A stretch of 64,000 nucleotides of DNA from Felis catus (Eukaryota). A program made the position numbers and the translations under genes. The stretch lies in contig NC_058368.1 of the NCBI RefSeq assembly GCF_018350175.1, positions 114,144,001-114,208,000 of the forward strand, written 5' to 3'. The notes under the pieces were generated by a model. It was not told the origin of the DNA and did not search any database. It saw nothing but the letters and a program-made list of their open reading frames with translations. This document shows positions 12,331 through 23,981 of the stretch, one piece after another. Position 1 is the stretch's first letter, and every line of letters starts with the position of its first letter.

Positions 12331-13021
12331 CTATCAAACCAATAAGATTTCTAAAGCAGTATTCTCCATTAAGAAATTCAAGCCAACCTGCTCACCTGGG
12401 GTAGAAGAGATCTTCATGCTAGAAGTGATCTTTAGAAAGACCTACATTTTTATTGTTCTCATTTTGGAGACCTTTTTCTTATAAAATGTTTTTCTGGATT
12501 CCTTGTGAACAAAAGTCCATGTATGGATTTAATTGTTACGGTTTATAAGAAAACACTTAAACTGGAATTTAAACACCAGAATTACAGCTCAAGAGCGTTC
12601 TACTTTGGTAAAGTCATCCATTAGATCAGCAAGCATCACACATATGTCCCTCTGAGACTTCAACTGCAGTCACATTATCAAAAAAACCCGTTATCACTTC
12701 ATATTTCTTGGGGAGACCTATATAACGTAAGTTAATGTTCTAAATATAGTAACTGAGACATCCTACAGGGCCTCATGGTGCATACGAAAGAGCTAGATGT
12801 GGTTGGATGTAGTCTGAAAATACATTGATTTCGAGAGTTTAATTTCTACTGTTTTGTTAAACATTGTTGAAAGCAAACACCTTTTTAAGCTCTTGCTTTG
12901 CACTGTCAATCACAAACCCACCCAGATACTAGAATTGTTAAAAGTTGTAAATGGACAAATAGGTACCAGTGATGATATAATTTAAAATCCTGTCATCTCC
13001 TTCTTGTGTCTTCCTTTTCAG

Positions 13022-13229
13022 GTCAGCGGACTGCCAGCTCCTGATGTGTCATGGTATCTGAATGGAAGACCAGTTCAATCAGATGACTTGCACAAAATGA
13101 TAGTGTCTGAAAAGGGTTTTCATTCACTCATCTTTGAAGTGGTCAGAGCTTCAGATGCAGGGACCTATGCATGTGTTGCCAAGAACAGAGCAGGAGAAGC
13201 CACCTTTACTGTGCAGCTGGATGTCCTGG
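13022..13229 (+). CDS. MYOT: Myotilin exon 7 (Ig domain 1, VSGLPAPDVSWYLNG...DAGTYACVAKNRAGEATFTVQLDVL)
   Basis: I-set Ig motifs; canonical splice sites; 208 nt. Confidence 0.97.
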
Positions 13230-13521
13230 GTAAGCCATCAGAGGGATCTTCAAGAGTTCCTTAAAATCCAGCAGTATTAAAAAAAAAAAAAAAAAGCAAA
13301 TGTTAAAAAGGAAAATCCCACAGGACTTCATATTTAAGGTCAATGTCTGCACAACCCAGGAGAATGCCAATTTTTATCTAAAAGTCACAGGGTGGGAGAG
13401 GGGGCAGACAGCATTTTTGAGAGAAACTCAGGGAAACTTCAACAAGAGACCTATAACCAAAGCTTTTCACAAAAGGAAATAAAGAAATAGTGCAATTTTA
13501 GACAAACCAAATGAGGCAGTA

Positions 13522-13851
13522 CAGTTGACTCTCAATTCAACATAGGTTTGAGCAGTGCATGTCCATTTACATGCAGATTTTTTATAACACAGTATTGTCA
13601 CCTGCTTATGATTTTTTAAATAACATTTTCTTTTCTCTAATTTACTTCATCATAAGAATACAGTATATAATACATATAACACAGAAAATATGTGTTAATA
13701 GGCTGTTCATATTATCAGTAAAGCTTCCAGTTAAGAGTAGGCTATTAGGAGTTAAGTTTTTCAGGAGTCAAAAGTTATGTGCAGACTTTCAACTGCATGG
13801 CGGCGGGGTGGAGGGGTGCCCCAATGCCCTGCACTGTTCAAGAGTCAACTA
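13522..13851 (+). mobile_element. Tigger2a-like DNA transposon
   Basis: TA|CAGTTGACTCTC ... AAGAGTCAACTA|TA termini; similar to the 10163 and 44819 elements. Confidence 0.8.
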
Positions 13852-14619
13852 TATAAGCATTTCTAGATGTAACCATTTCTAGATGTAACTAAAGGATATT
13901 ATAGTGAAAAACTTCAGTCTAATCACTTCTCTGATCTATCGTCTAAATTAATCTGATTGTTATTTTTCCAGCATTGCCATGATCACACATTACTTAAAAC
14001 TGAGATATAAATGTTAACTTTTAGCCTCAGATGATGTTGTTTAATAGAAAACTAGTCTCTATTTATAACAAAAACACACCTACTTGCTTTCGAAAACAGG
14101 TATGGCTAAACTGTCTCAAATTTGTCTTCAGTAAGGCAGTTTCTTATAAAACTTATATACTACTTAAAAATATTACAATTTAAGTGGTTTAAATATATAT
14201 TACATTTGTAATGGTTTAAGCCATGGCATACTGCAGAAAAGATACTTTGACATAATTTACTGCTGATTACATAAAATCTTGATCAAGTTAAAGGATGAAC
14301 AATATCCTTGATTTTGTGTTCTATTCAAATCAGTGAAAAACCCTTTAAGATTATTCTATGATATAATAATGGGCCTCAGTCTAAGGGAAAACCGAGTAAT
14401 CTGGGAATCAAAAAAAAATCCAATTCAAGTGATTAAGCTTTGAGCAAATCCTTTTTGTGCGAATAGCTCCAGAAATATTATTAATGCTAGAGTTGAAAGA
14501 GGCCTTGGCAGGCATCTGTCCAATTTCATTTCTCCTTCAGAAAAGCTAGGGTTACAGTATTCTGATACCATTTCCTCTTTTCCTTCAGGTAATTAAAGAA
14601 ATGATGTAATAATTACTGA

Positions 14620-14850
14620 CACTTATATACTATTTTACAGTTTACAAAATGCTGCTTCATTCATTATCTCAGCTGATCCTCACAGTAATTTTGTGTGGTA
14701 GGCAGAGCAGTCACTATACCTGTAATTATTTTACAATAGATAAAACTGAGCCTCAGAGAAACTAAAGAAATCTTTCCCATTTGGCATGGCTGGTGGGGCA
14801 AATAGAGAATTTGAACGTAGGCTGTCTAGTCTTTCCACCATTCATACTGC
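14620..14850 (-). mobile_element. MIR SINE (degraded)
   Basis: ATCCTCACAG...GATAAAACTGAGCCTCAGAGA reverse-MIR pattern. Confidence 0.65.
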
Positions 14851-15122
14851 CTCCTTATAGAAGAGACATAAATGAGAATATAACTTAAATTCTTTGATGA
14901 AACATGATTGTAAATTCAATGCAACATTACTATTTTAGAAGTCTAAATGGTATAATAATGCAAAATAGTACTCTATGTTGTTTAAAATAATGCTAAAACA
15001 TAAGCTTTCAATCTTGTGTTTTTTAAAACTTTTGTATCAACATACAAATTTCATAATACCTTGGCTTGGCTTATTTTCTTTTTATAATATTTCAAATACC
15101 TGAATTTTTTATTAATATGTAG

Positions 15123-15288
15123 CAAAAGAACATAGAAGAGCACCAATGTTTATCTACAAACCACAAAGCAAAAAAGTTTTTGAGGGAGACTCAGTGAAGC
15201 TAGAATGCCAAATCTCAGCTGTACCTCCACCAAAGATTTTCTGGAAAAGAAATAATGAAATGGTACAATTCAACACTGATCGAATAAG
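15123..15288 (+). CDS. MYOT: Myotilin exon 8 (Ig domain 2, APMFIYKPQSKKVFEGDSVKLECQIS...)
   Basis: TGTAG| acceptor, AG|GTAGGA donor, 166 nt. Confidence 0.96.
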
Positions 15289-15720
15289 GTAGGATAAGTA
15301 TTTTTAGACATAACTGTAGTTTATTGGATGAATCCAGTTGTACTTGAAATGCATTATAAATGGCATGCATTTGTAATCTCACTTTGTCTGGTTTTTAAAA
15401 CATGCAGAGAAATGTAATAAACCTCATTACACCAGATTCCACTAATCAAAAACATAAGGCATAAAGTAGGCCAGGACTTACCTTTTTACTAACAATAAAG
15501 AAAGATGGCTCAAGGAAATGATGACACAAACAAAATTAAGTGGGGGGGGAGGTTAAATTCAATAAAACCAATGCTACATGGCACTGACTAGGTACAGCTC
15601 AGAATTTCCAAATACTTCATTTTCTTACAGTCTGGCACTCTAGGTCACAGACATCATAAATAAACTTTCACAGGAAAATCAATTCTTATACTTTAATTTT
15701 TTATTATTGTTTCTTTCCAG

Positions 15721-15854
15721 TTTATATCATGATAACTCTGGTAGAGTCACTTTACTGATAAAAGACGTAAACAAGAAAGATGCTGGGTGGTATACTGTGT
15801 CTGCAGTTAATGAAGCTGGAGTGACCACATGTAACACAAGATTAGATGTTACAG
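15721..15854 (+). CDS. MYOT: Myotilin exon 9 (Ig domain 2, ...DAGWYTVSAVNEAGVTTCNTRLDVT)
   Basis: TTTCCAG| acceptor, CAG|GTATGT donor, 134 nt, ends in phase 1. Confidence 0.97.
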
Positions 15855-16078
15855 GTATGTCACCCTATCAACCCAAGTGTTATAAAGGACTTAATCAGAA
15901 AGATTTAGTAAGAAACACAATCTCAGCATAATATAAAAATGTCTGGTATAAAATACGAGAGATTTTCCCCCAACAGTCCTGATTTTTTTTTCTTGTCCTG
16001 TCTGATATTGAATACCTAGAGCAACCCATTTGTTTAGAACATGTTTTCTGAATCAACTTCTATTTTGATCTATTTCAG

Positions 16079-16251
16079 TCCATCAAAGACAAACTCTTCC
16101 GGCTCCTAAGCAGTTACGTGTTCGACCAACTTTCAGCAAATATTTAGCACTTAACGGTAAAGGTTTGGATGTGAAACAAGCTTTTAACCCTGAAGGAGAA
16201 TTTCAGCGTCTGGCAGCTCAATCTGGACTCTATGAAAGTGAAGAACTTTAA
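16079..16251 (+). CDS. MYOT: Myotilin exon 10, C-terminus ...QSGLYESEEL* (PDZ-binding motif)
   Basis: TTTCAG| acceptor, TAA at 16249-16251; total CDS 1500 nt. Confidence 0.97.
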
Positions 16252-16683
16252 TGAGGTTACCAACATTTGGAAATACGACAACTACACTATTAGTAATATA
16301 TTCAATTAAAATTTAAAATAAATCCATAGCTGTATTAACAGATTATGGCTTTAATTAGGTAATATAACTAATATATATTTATAATATTTATCCTTTGACT
16401 CTTACACATTCTATCTTCTCTGGTTTGCGAAGCCTAAGGAAAATCTGGGCATATGGGTTTGTAATTGTAGAAGACTATCTTAAAATGTGAGATTTTAACA
16501 TTTAAGTCATATACATTTAACAATTACAGATTATGAATTAATATCAACTTTTTAAGCACATCTAATGCTTGTAATAAGGTTTACTGGTTCTGCTTTCTAA
16601 ATACTGTTTTACCCGTTTTCTCTTAGAGGAATACTAACATGGTATAGATTATCTGAGTGTTCCAAAGCTTAATGTCAAAAGAG

Positions 16684-16689
16684 AATAAA
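16684..16689 (+). terminator. MYOT: MYOT poly(A) signal AATAAA (a proximal one also occurs at 16317-16322)
   Basis: Canonical hexamer followed by T/GT-rich sequence. Confidence 0.7.
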
Positions 16690-17849
16690 ATTTCAAATAT
16701 TCAAAATAGACTTGTCTTCTCTTCACAAAAGTCTAGATCTTTGTAACTTTTGGTGTTTATATATTATACAACATCAAGTAAAACCTAAGAATAACAATTT
16801 CCAGAAAAGCAACAATAGTATGTTCTATAACTGTATCTTAATGAAGCTCATTTACGGCTCAGTCAATTCCTCCTGAAATTCAGCTAGGCATTCCATGGTT
16901 TGCCATTTCATAAGGAAACAACCACAGTAACTTAAATCCTGACAGACTCGCTCCTGAAATTGTTATTCTGCTTTAACCAAATAAATCCGTTAAATCTTCA
17001 AGACCTCTGAGTCTACCGAGTTCAATGGAACAAGAATAGTCTGCAGATTCAACTGCTTAATTCTTTTACTTCATGTAAATTTCAATACCTATATTTGAGG
17101 AGGGGGGGGGAGGGATCCTCCTACATTTAAACTTCAGATAAGCTATTACATTAGAAAACATAATTTTGTGAGCATCTCAGAGTCTAAGTACAGGAATGGG
17201 AAAATCCTTTTATTATACTGTCCTTAAGCTAGGACACTAGCCCTTTCTTCTCAGGCCTCCTATCCACTGGCCACGGCCTTTTGCTAGGCCTCTCCTGTTT
17301 ATTGGTAGTCTTTGACCCTTGTTGCTGTGTGGCCTCGTTTTGCTTTTCATCTGCACATAAAATAGCGTTTATCAACATCACTCTACATCTCTTTCAGAGA
17401 AATAACAAAAGAAGCTTTATTTTTTATTTCCAAAAAACAGCTTGATGGTTTTCTTTGCTGGCTGCCCTAGGGCCTTTCTACTGAATTTATTTTCCTTTTT
17501 TCCAACATGAGACTCCCTCTTGTCTCATATCCTGGCGGGTTTTCGGATGCCTTAATTTACAGCCAAATTTCTTTGGTCTTTTCTATAGCTGGTTTGCAAA
17601 CCTTCCCATCTTTGCAAAGCTTCAGTGCCAGATGGGAGTCTGGGCTCCCGAGGACTCCTGTTAGGCCTACTCTCCCTCATCACTTCAGAGCTGGATTTTG
17701 TTTAAATCTATTTCATCATTTTCTTTAGCCATATTGGGTGGGAAGAAGGGTGGGAGCTACTTCTAGCTGCAGCTCTCGGTTCATGAGAACCGGTGTCTGC
17801 AGGCAGCAGGGGCAGCGTGGGCACCTGGTCAGGCACTCGGGCTCTGGCG

Positions 17850-18030
17850 TCCTGCACACCTGACCCCGCCACCTGTGGACTTCGGTAAGTCACTGACCCT
17901 CTCAGCGCCTCTGTTTTTCCAGACCTAAAATGAGGATAAAATACCTACCTTTCAGGAAGGGGGGGTGTGAAGACTAAACAAGCCAATAAATGTAAAAGGT
18001 GTTCAAGAAACAGTAGCCCGTTACAATTAA
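17850..18030 (+). mobile_element. MIR SINE next to the PKD2L2 promoter
   Basis: AAGTCACTGACCCTCTCAGCGCCTCTGTTTT...TAAAATGAGGATAA MIR core. Confidence 0.65.
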
Positions 18031-18049
18031 TTACTACGACTTTTACCAC

Positions 18050-18370
18050 CAACCCCAGGCCCGAAGCCAGATTTGCCCTAGAAGCCGGCCCCTCCGCCAG
18101 AGATAAAGCGCCGCAATTCCTAACCCCGCCTCAGCCTGCCGCTTTCCAGAGCGTCCTCGGTGCGCACGCGCGCTTGTCACTCGTAGAAAGGCTTGCGCAG
18201 GTGGAGAAGCGGGAGGGTTTGCGCAGGCGCAGGAGCTAGGTGGCGCGTGTCGAAAAGTTACGCGCAGGCGCGGCAGACCTGGGAGGTCAAACGGGTGTCG
18301 TTTTCCAGGTCGGCCATGGCTGAGGCGTCACGGTGGCACCGAGGCGGTGAGGGGTGATCCTAGGAAGTGG
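18050..18370. promoter_or_regulatory. CpG-rich PKD2L2 promoter with a GC box and NRF1-type motifs
   Basis: Densest non-repeat CpG patch in the window; TGCGCACGCGCG (18161), TGCGCAGGCGCA (18220), CGCGCAGGCGCG (18261); CCCCGCC near 18124. Confidence 0.8.
18316..18346 (+). CDS. PKD2L2: PKD2L2 exon 1 (MAEASRWHRG)
   Basis: Kozak GCCATGG; donor G|GTGAGG; 31 nt, phase 1. Confidence 0.92.
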
Positions 18371-19091
18371 TGGAGCAGGGCCGATTTGGCAATTACACAT
18401 ACCCTGATAGTAACTATGTAGCGCCATATCTATTCATGTCAGAGATAGGACTTCCAGCACGTGTAGCCCTCACAGCCTCCCCTTGAGACGGGGTGGACAG
18501 GGGTCCCATTTCACAGACGGAAACTGAAGCCTTGAGTGGAGGTGGCACCCGCCCTTTGCCCGAGGCTCGAGCTGAGAGCTGTTACTTGCTTTACAAATAC
18601 CGTCGCTAGGCCCTTCTCCAAAGTCCTTTATTGGTCTGGGGAGTCGTGACCTTGGTAGAACCCCAGGCCAAGTCCTTTACCCCTCCAGCGGAATCCATTC
18701 TTCCCAGGAAGCAATATAGACGGTAGAGAAAACGATTGTGAAGATGAGGAATTTTTTTTCTTTTTTTCTTTCTTTCTTTCTTTCTTATTTATTTATTTAT
18801 TTATTTGTATTTTGCTTTTTCACTTTCAGACGGGACTATTGAGAAAACGTCCATGTTATAAAATTCATTAGTGTACAGTCATAAAGCGACTGCCCGCTCA
18901 CCCCCATGGGAATGTTGTAATTATTCCTCCTTCATGAAAGTGAGAATAAAAAAAATAACCAGAAGCAATTGGAGCTTGCCTTCACACAGTGTATCAGAAT
19001 AAAAGTGGAAAACACAGTTCCATCATGGTTACTTATATACATTATAAATTACATAATAATGTAAAGAAAAAATTTGTTTTATGTCTCACAG

Positions 19092-19193
19092 GGGCTCCGA
19101 AACCTAAGCTGCATTACAGAAAGGAAGTAGAAATTAGAACCACACTTCAGGAGTTGTCACTCTACTTTATTTTTTTAATAAACCTATGTATAT
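19092..19193 (+). CDS. PKD2L2: PKD2L2 exon 2 (GAPKPKLHYRKEVEIRTTLQELSLYFIFLINLCI, S1)
   Basis: CACAG| acceptor, |GTAAGT donor, 102 nt. Confidence 0.95.
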
Positions 19194-20768
19194 GTAAGTA
19201 CAGATGTAGATGAAGACACTGAACTAAGAAGTTATGTGGAGGTGAAAAGTAAAACATGTGTACTTTACCATAGACTTTCAGACTAAGACTTCTAAAAAAA
19301 GTATTGACGTATTTTAGACCTATCTTAAATTCCTTTAGACGTACGCTATTTCCATCTCTTAAAGGGCAAAGCTTTAAGTCGCAGACATAATGAAAAGCTT
19401 TCATCGTCAGCATTGATTGAGTTATTACTTTTAGTTGTCAGTTCTTTCTTGAGTACAGTTATTCCCTTGAGTTGGCAATTGTCACATGATGTCTTTTAGA
19501 ACCATGTTGATACATTATCTCAGTTTCATAGGTCAAACTACAAATGAGGCCAAAGAAGTTAGTCTTGTCTGCTTTGCTCTTTTCCCTGGCCTATTGCACA
19601 GCTGTGTGATAGTAAAGTTGCGCAACAGTAAAGTATGCTGGTGCCCAATCACAGAAGGTATAGAGCAATGCAAATCTTTAATAAGGAGACTAGGAAAACA
19701 TATCAACCTGCATTTCACCTGTCTGTGGGTCAAGAGCATTGACTGAATCAGTATTAAGGAGTATTTTATCCTTTGAGTGCCCAACAAATAGTAGGTGTAA
19801 GCTCAATGGCCAGACGTATCACAAGTTGACATGGCCTACACATTGGCAATTATATATCCGTTAACTCCTTGGTATAGTTGGAGTGAATTTGGGTCAAATC
19901 TTGATTGAAAAGACAACTCCAGCTTAGACTGGTTTTTAAATGCTTATTACAACATTTGGGGAACAGAAAAATATAAAAGATCATAATTCCATTATTCACA
20001 GATATAAAAAAAACCTTTTTATAATTAGGAAGAATTGAAAGCAACTTAAATCTTCATCAACAGAGGATTTGTTTAACATTTTGGTATATACAGTGAAATA
20101 ATATGGAACATTAAAGCATGGCATAAACTCATGTGCCACGAAGTAATGTTGAAGATAGATACTTGTAAAAACTAAAAGGTTTCTAGCAAAAAAAAAAAAA
20201 AAAGACACAGTTAGTCTATACCCTTCTCTAAAACCTACCCACCTACTCCTAGAGAGAGAATGAATATTAGTTAATAGTTTTAAAAATTCTTATCTTGTGC
20301 CAAAACATGGTTTAAGTGCTCCACATGCATTATCTCACTTCTCATAACAAAACTATCAGGTATTATCCTTATGATGGGACTCAAATCATCTGTTTGATTT
20401 CAAAGTCCATAGCTTTAACTATTTACCATTATATTGCTTACTGTAAAAATAGAGAAGAAGCTAACTGGCAGAAGACTATGCATAATGCGATCTCATTTTT
20501 GTGAAAATAAACTTATTTTCTTTATAAATGTGTAGGCATACAGAAAAATCTCAAGAATATGTGCTAAACCTAACTCTAGCAGTGAGATGACAAGAAATTT
20601 CTTCCTGTTTTGTATATTTCTATTTTCATTTTTTAAATTACTTTTATAATTAGTCAAGACAAAATTTGGATTTTCAAAACAAGATTGGGAACAAAATCTA
20701 ACTAACTTTTAATCCTGATAAACTGACTTTTTAAAGACAAATTTGTAAACAAAAATTCTTCTCCTTAG

Positions 20769-20902
20769 TGACTTTTGGCATGGTAAACCCACATATGTAT
20801 TACTTAAACAAAGTTATGTCATCTCTATTTTTGGACACTTCTGTGCCTGGTGATGAAAGAACCAACTTTAAGTCTATTCGCAGCATAACTGATTTTTGGA
20901 AG
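20769..20902 (+). CDS. PKD2L2: PKD2L2 exon 3 (TFGMVNPHMYYLNKVMSSLFLD...DFWK)
   Basis: CTTAG| acceptor, AAG|GTAAGG donor, 134 nt. Confidence 0.95.
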
Positions 20903-21221
20903 GTAAGGTATCATGTGACAGAATGAAGTAGCTTATGGTATTGCATAAACAAACTCTTGGCACAAGTAATAGGCACTGGAGACATATTTGTTGAAGGAAT
21001 GAGTAAAAATGAATATCATTTATTTAAACTTTTAGAATCAACCAATTAGTACGTGTATATTGAGAACCTATGCTCTCAGTGTAATAGAGTTTTTATAACT
21101 TTTAAAAAATTATACTTTTTTTAACACTATCTTTGCATTTGGAAAAACATTATGTGGGGTTAGGATCCGCATCAAACTGTAGTTGTGTATAGTGAAAATT
21201 ATTCTTAAAAAATCCTTAAAT

Positions 21222-21335
21222 GGGGGCGCCTGGCTGGCTCAGTCAGAAGAGCAAGTGTCTCTTGATCTTGGAGTTCTAGGCTCGAGCCCCACTTTGGGTG
21301 TAGAGATTACTGAAAAAAATAAACTTTAAAAAAAA
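21222..21335 (+). mobile_element. Short CAN-SINE
   Basis: GGGGGCGCCTGGCTGGCTCAG head; TSD AAAAAATCCTT. Confidence 0.8.
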
Positions 21336-22489
21336 TCCTTTCATGGCCTGTAAAGTGAGATATATATAATTTTGGTATGCAGCCCTATACTGTGTGTATT
21401 ACAGTAATGTACAGTATATAATCAAATAAATAGTACATATGTAAAATATAACTTTATAGTGTTTTTAACTATGTGAGAGAACCATTCCATCAACATTGGA
21501 ACAGACTTGTTTTTTACATCACATTTAACTTAGCAAGATGCTCACATTAAGAGAACAGAAGTTTCAGGTATCCCAAGTCGCAAACATTGGGGCACATAAA
21601 GAAGAGATAGGAATGTTTTCTAGAGGTGATGACAATTCAGTTGAGTTTTAAAGGATGAGTAACAGGGCATTCTAGGAAGAATAAACAGTACGTGCTGTAA
21701 GTAATTCTACATATGGCACTTTGTCATTATAGGCATGTAGAAGATGAGGTGGAAAGGGCAAACTATAAACTGAACAAGAGGTCAAATCATGAATGTCATG
21801 CTAGGAATCTAAAACCTATGAAAGAGACAAGGTCACTTCCTGAGAGGGAGAGGGGAAGTGTGAGATGAGGGCAGATGATTAGAGGTCATTGGTATAGACC
21901 AGGTGAAATATGAAAGAAAGAGGAAATTTCCCCCGAGACTAGAAGTGGAGATCACCCTGCTTCTTTTTTATTGTACTGTCTTGAAGTATGCATGGCCAGT
22001 GGCAAAGAAAACAAAGGCAGAAAAGAAAAAACTGAACCCTGGGTTTGGGATCTCTTAGAAGGGCAGAGCCAAGAGGCAGTTGCCACCACTGGAGTTAGTG
22101 GGGAAGGGGAACACAGACAACTCTGAGGGCAAGTCCTGAATTAGGGCCATGACAACCATGAATACATGGCTATGGACATTGATACTCTTAGGGGACAATT
22201 GTTGGTGTACCCCTCATATAAGAAAGGGTAAAAGGTTGTGGAATTAAAGGAGTTAGTATTTCTAAGGAACTAGAGCATTGCCTACTACCTAAGGGCTCAG
22301 TAAATATTAACCATCTTCATTATCCTCCTCGACATCATCATTTCCATTCATGTTAATGGTGGCTTGGTCAATAATTTTCATACTCATACACTCACTGACT
22401 CATGCTTTTAAGGTAATGTTAAATGTAGATTCTGTTATACAAATGACATGAAAATACTTTTCCCATAACATTTATCTTTCTATATGAAG

Positions 22490-22746
22490 TTTATGGAAGG
22501 ACCCCTTTTGGAAGGTCTGTACTGGGATGCATGGTACACGAACAAGACTTTGTATAATCTAAAGAACAGCAGTCGCATCTACTATGAGAACATACTTTTA
22601 GGAGTGCCCAGAGTCCGTCAACTAAGAGTCCGCAACAACACATGCAAGGTCTATTCATCCTTTCAGTCTTTGATGAGTGAATGTTATGACAAATACACTT
22701 CTAGCAATGAAGACACGTCTGATTTTGGCCTTAAGCAGGAAACTGA
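22490..22746 (+). CDS. PKD2L2: PKD2L2 exon 4 (TOP/polycystin domain, FMEGPLLEGLYW...LGVPRVRQLRVRNNTC)
   Basis: Polycystin motif; canonical sites; 257 nt. Confidence 0.97.
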
Positions 22747-22917
22747 GTAAGTAGTTATATGTAACTTTTTCTAGCCTCTTGCCTTTGTACCTTTTAAAAA
22801 CTGCAAAAATAGGTATATTTTACAAATAAACCAACAAAGGTCTGGCAGGTAAGGAGACTATTTCAATAATCGTACCAGAGGAAGACTCAGAGGAGCAGTG
22901 TTTAGAAATGTAAGAGT

Positions 22918-23125
22918 GGGGGTGCCTGAGTGGCTCAGTTGGTTAAACGCCCAACTCCTGGGTTCAGTTCAGGTCGAGATCTCACAGTTCATGAGTTCGA
23001 ACCCTGCATCGGGCTCTGTGCTGACAGTGAGGAGCCTGCTTAGGATTCTCCCTGCCCCTCCCCTACTTGCTCTCTCTCTCTTAAAATAAATAAATGAACT
23101 TTTTTAAAAAATTTAATAAAAAAAG
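22918..23125 (+). mobile_element. CAN-SINE
   Basis: TSD AGAAA(T/C)GTAAGAGTG. Confidence 0.88.
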
Positions 23126-23749
23126 AAACGTAAGAGTGAACCTGTTATTTTGTTTACCAAAGGATATAAGAGAGTATTCTTTTTTTCTAACTCGGGTATA
23201 TGAAGTGCTAAGTCGTTCCGGACACAGGGTAAGGAATCTGTCTACGCTTTTACAATACTCAGCTTTTCAGTCTCTGACCAGACTCCCTCAGACCCATGCC
23301 AAATGCTTCTTGGGACCCCAGGGAGTGTCTTAAGTGTGCTCCGCCGCTTCCCTCCTTTCTCACTCTGGCTGACTTCAGCAATATCTTCCGTTATTGCCAA
23401 CGCTGAAAAGGAGCAGTTATGCCGTGGCGGCACCGCATCTGATGACGCCTTCCCAAAGGTATTCTAGCAGGGTTCTCCAAATTGGCTGAGGCTAATTCTG
23501 TCTGTACTGAAAACATGAAACCCAAAGCCACTGACATTTCCTCCCCTCAATAGAGAAACTGCTGGTATCATTGCTTTTAGGATCCTATGAAAATCATAGG
23601 GGGCAGAGAACAAGTTTTTTAATTTAATACTTATCAAAATGTTACAAATACAAATATCCACCCTTTCCTATTCACAGTTCTTCAGAAGCAGCCCCTTTTA
23701 GCTCTTTTAGTTGTTTCTTTTGGTATATACTTCCTATTTCTTGTAAGTT

Positions 23750-23760
23750 CATTTATTTCT

Positions 23761-23816
<56 letters not shown>

Positions 23817-23981
23817 CACAAGTGGGAGAGGGACAGAGAGAGAGGCAGACAGAATCCCAAACAGGCTCCACACTATCAGTGCTGAGCCCAATATGTGGCT
23901 TGAACTCACGAGCCACGAGATCGTAACCTGAGCCAAAATCAAGAGCCTGATGCTTGACCGACTGAGCCACCCTGGCACCCC
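23750..23981 (-). mobile_element. CAN-SINE with an expanded (GA)n microsatellite (~23764-23811)
   Basis: Reverse SINE body; pure GA run. Confidence 0.88.

Noticed and set aside
13858..13889. 16-bp tandem duplication CATTTCTAGATGTAAC next to a Tigger end
   Set aside because: Only two copies and no spacer; an ordinary microduplication, not CRISPR-like
18300..18316. Acceptor-like TTTTCCAG|G 7 nt before the PKD2L2 ATG as a MYOT fusion site
   Set aside because: Joining MYOT exon 9 here is out of frame, and there is no evidence of use
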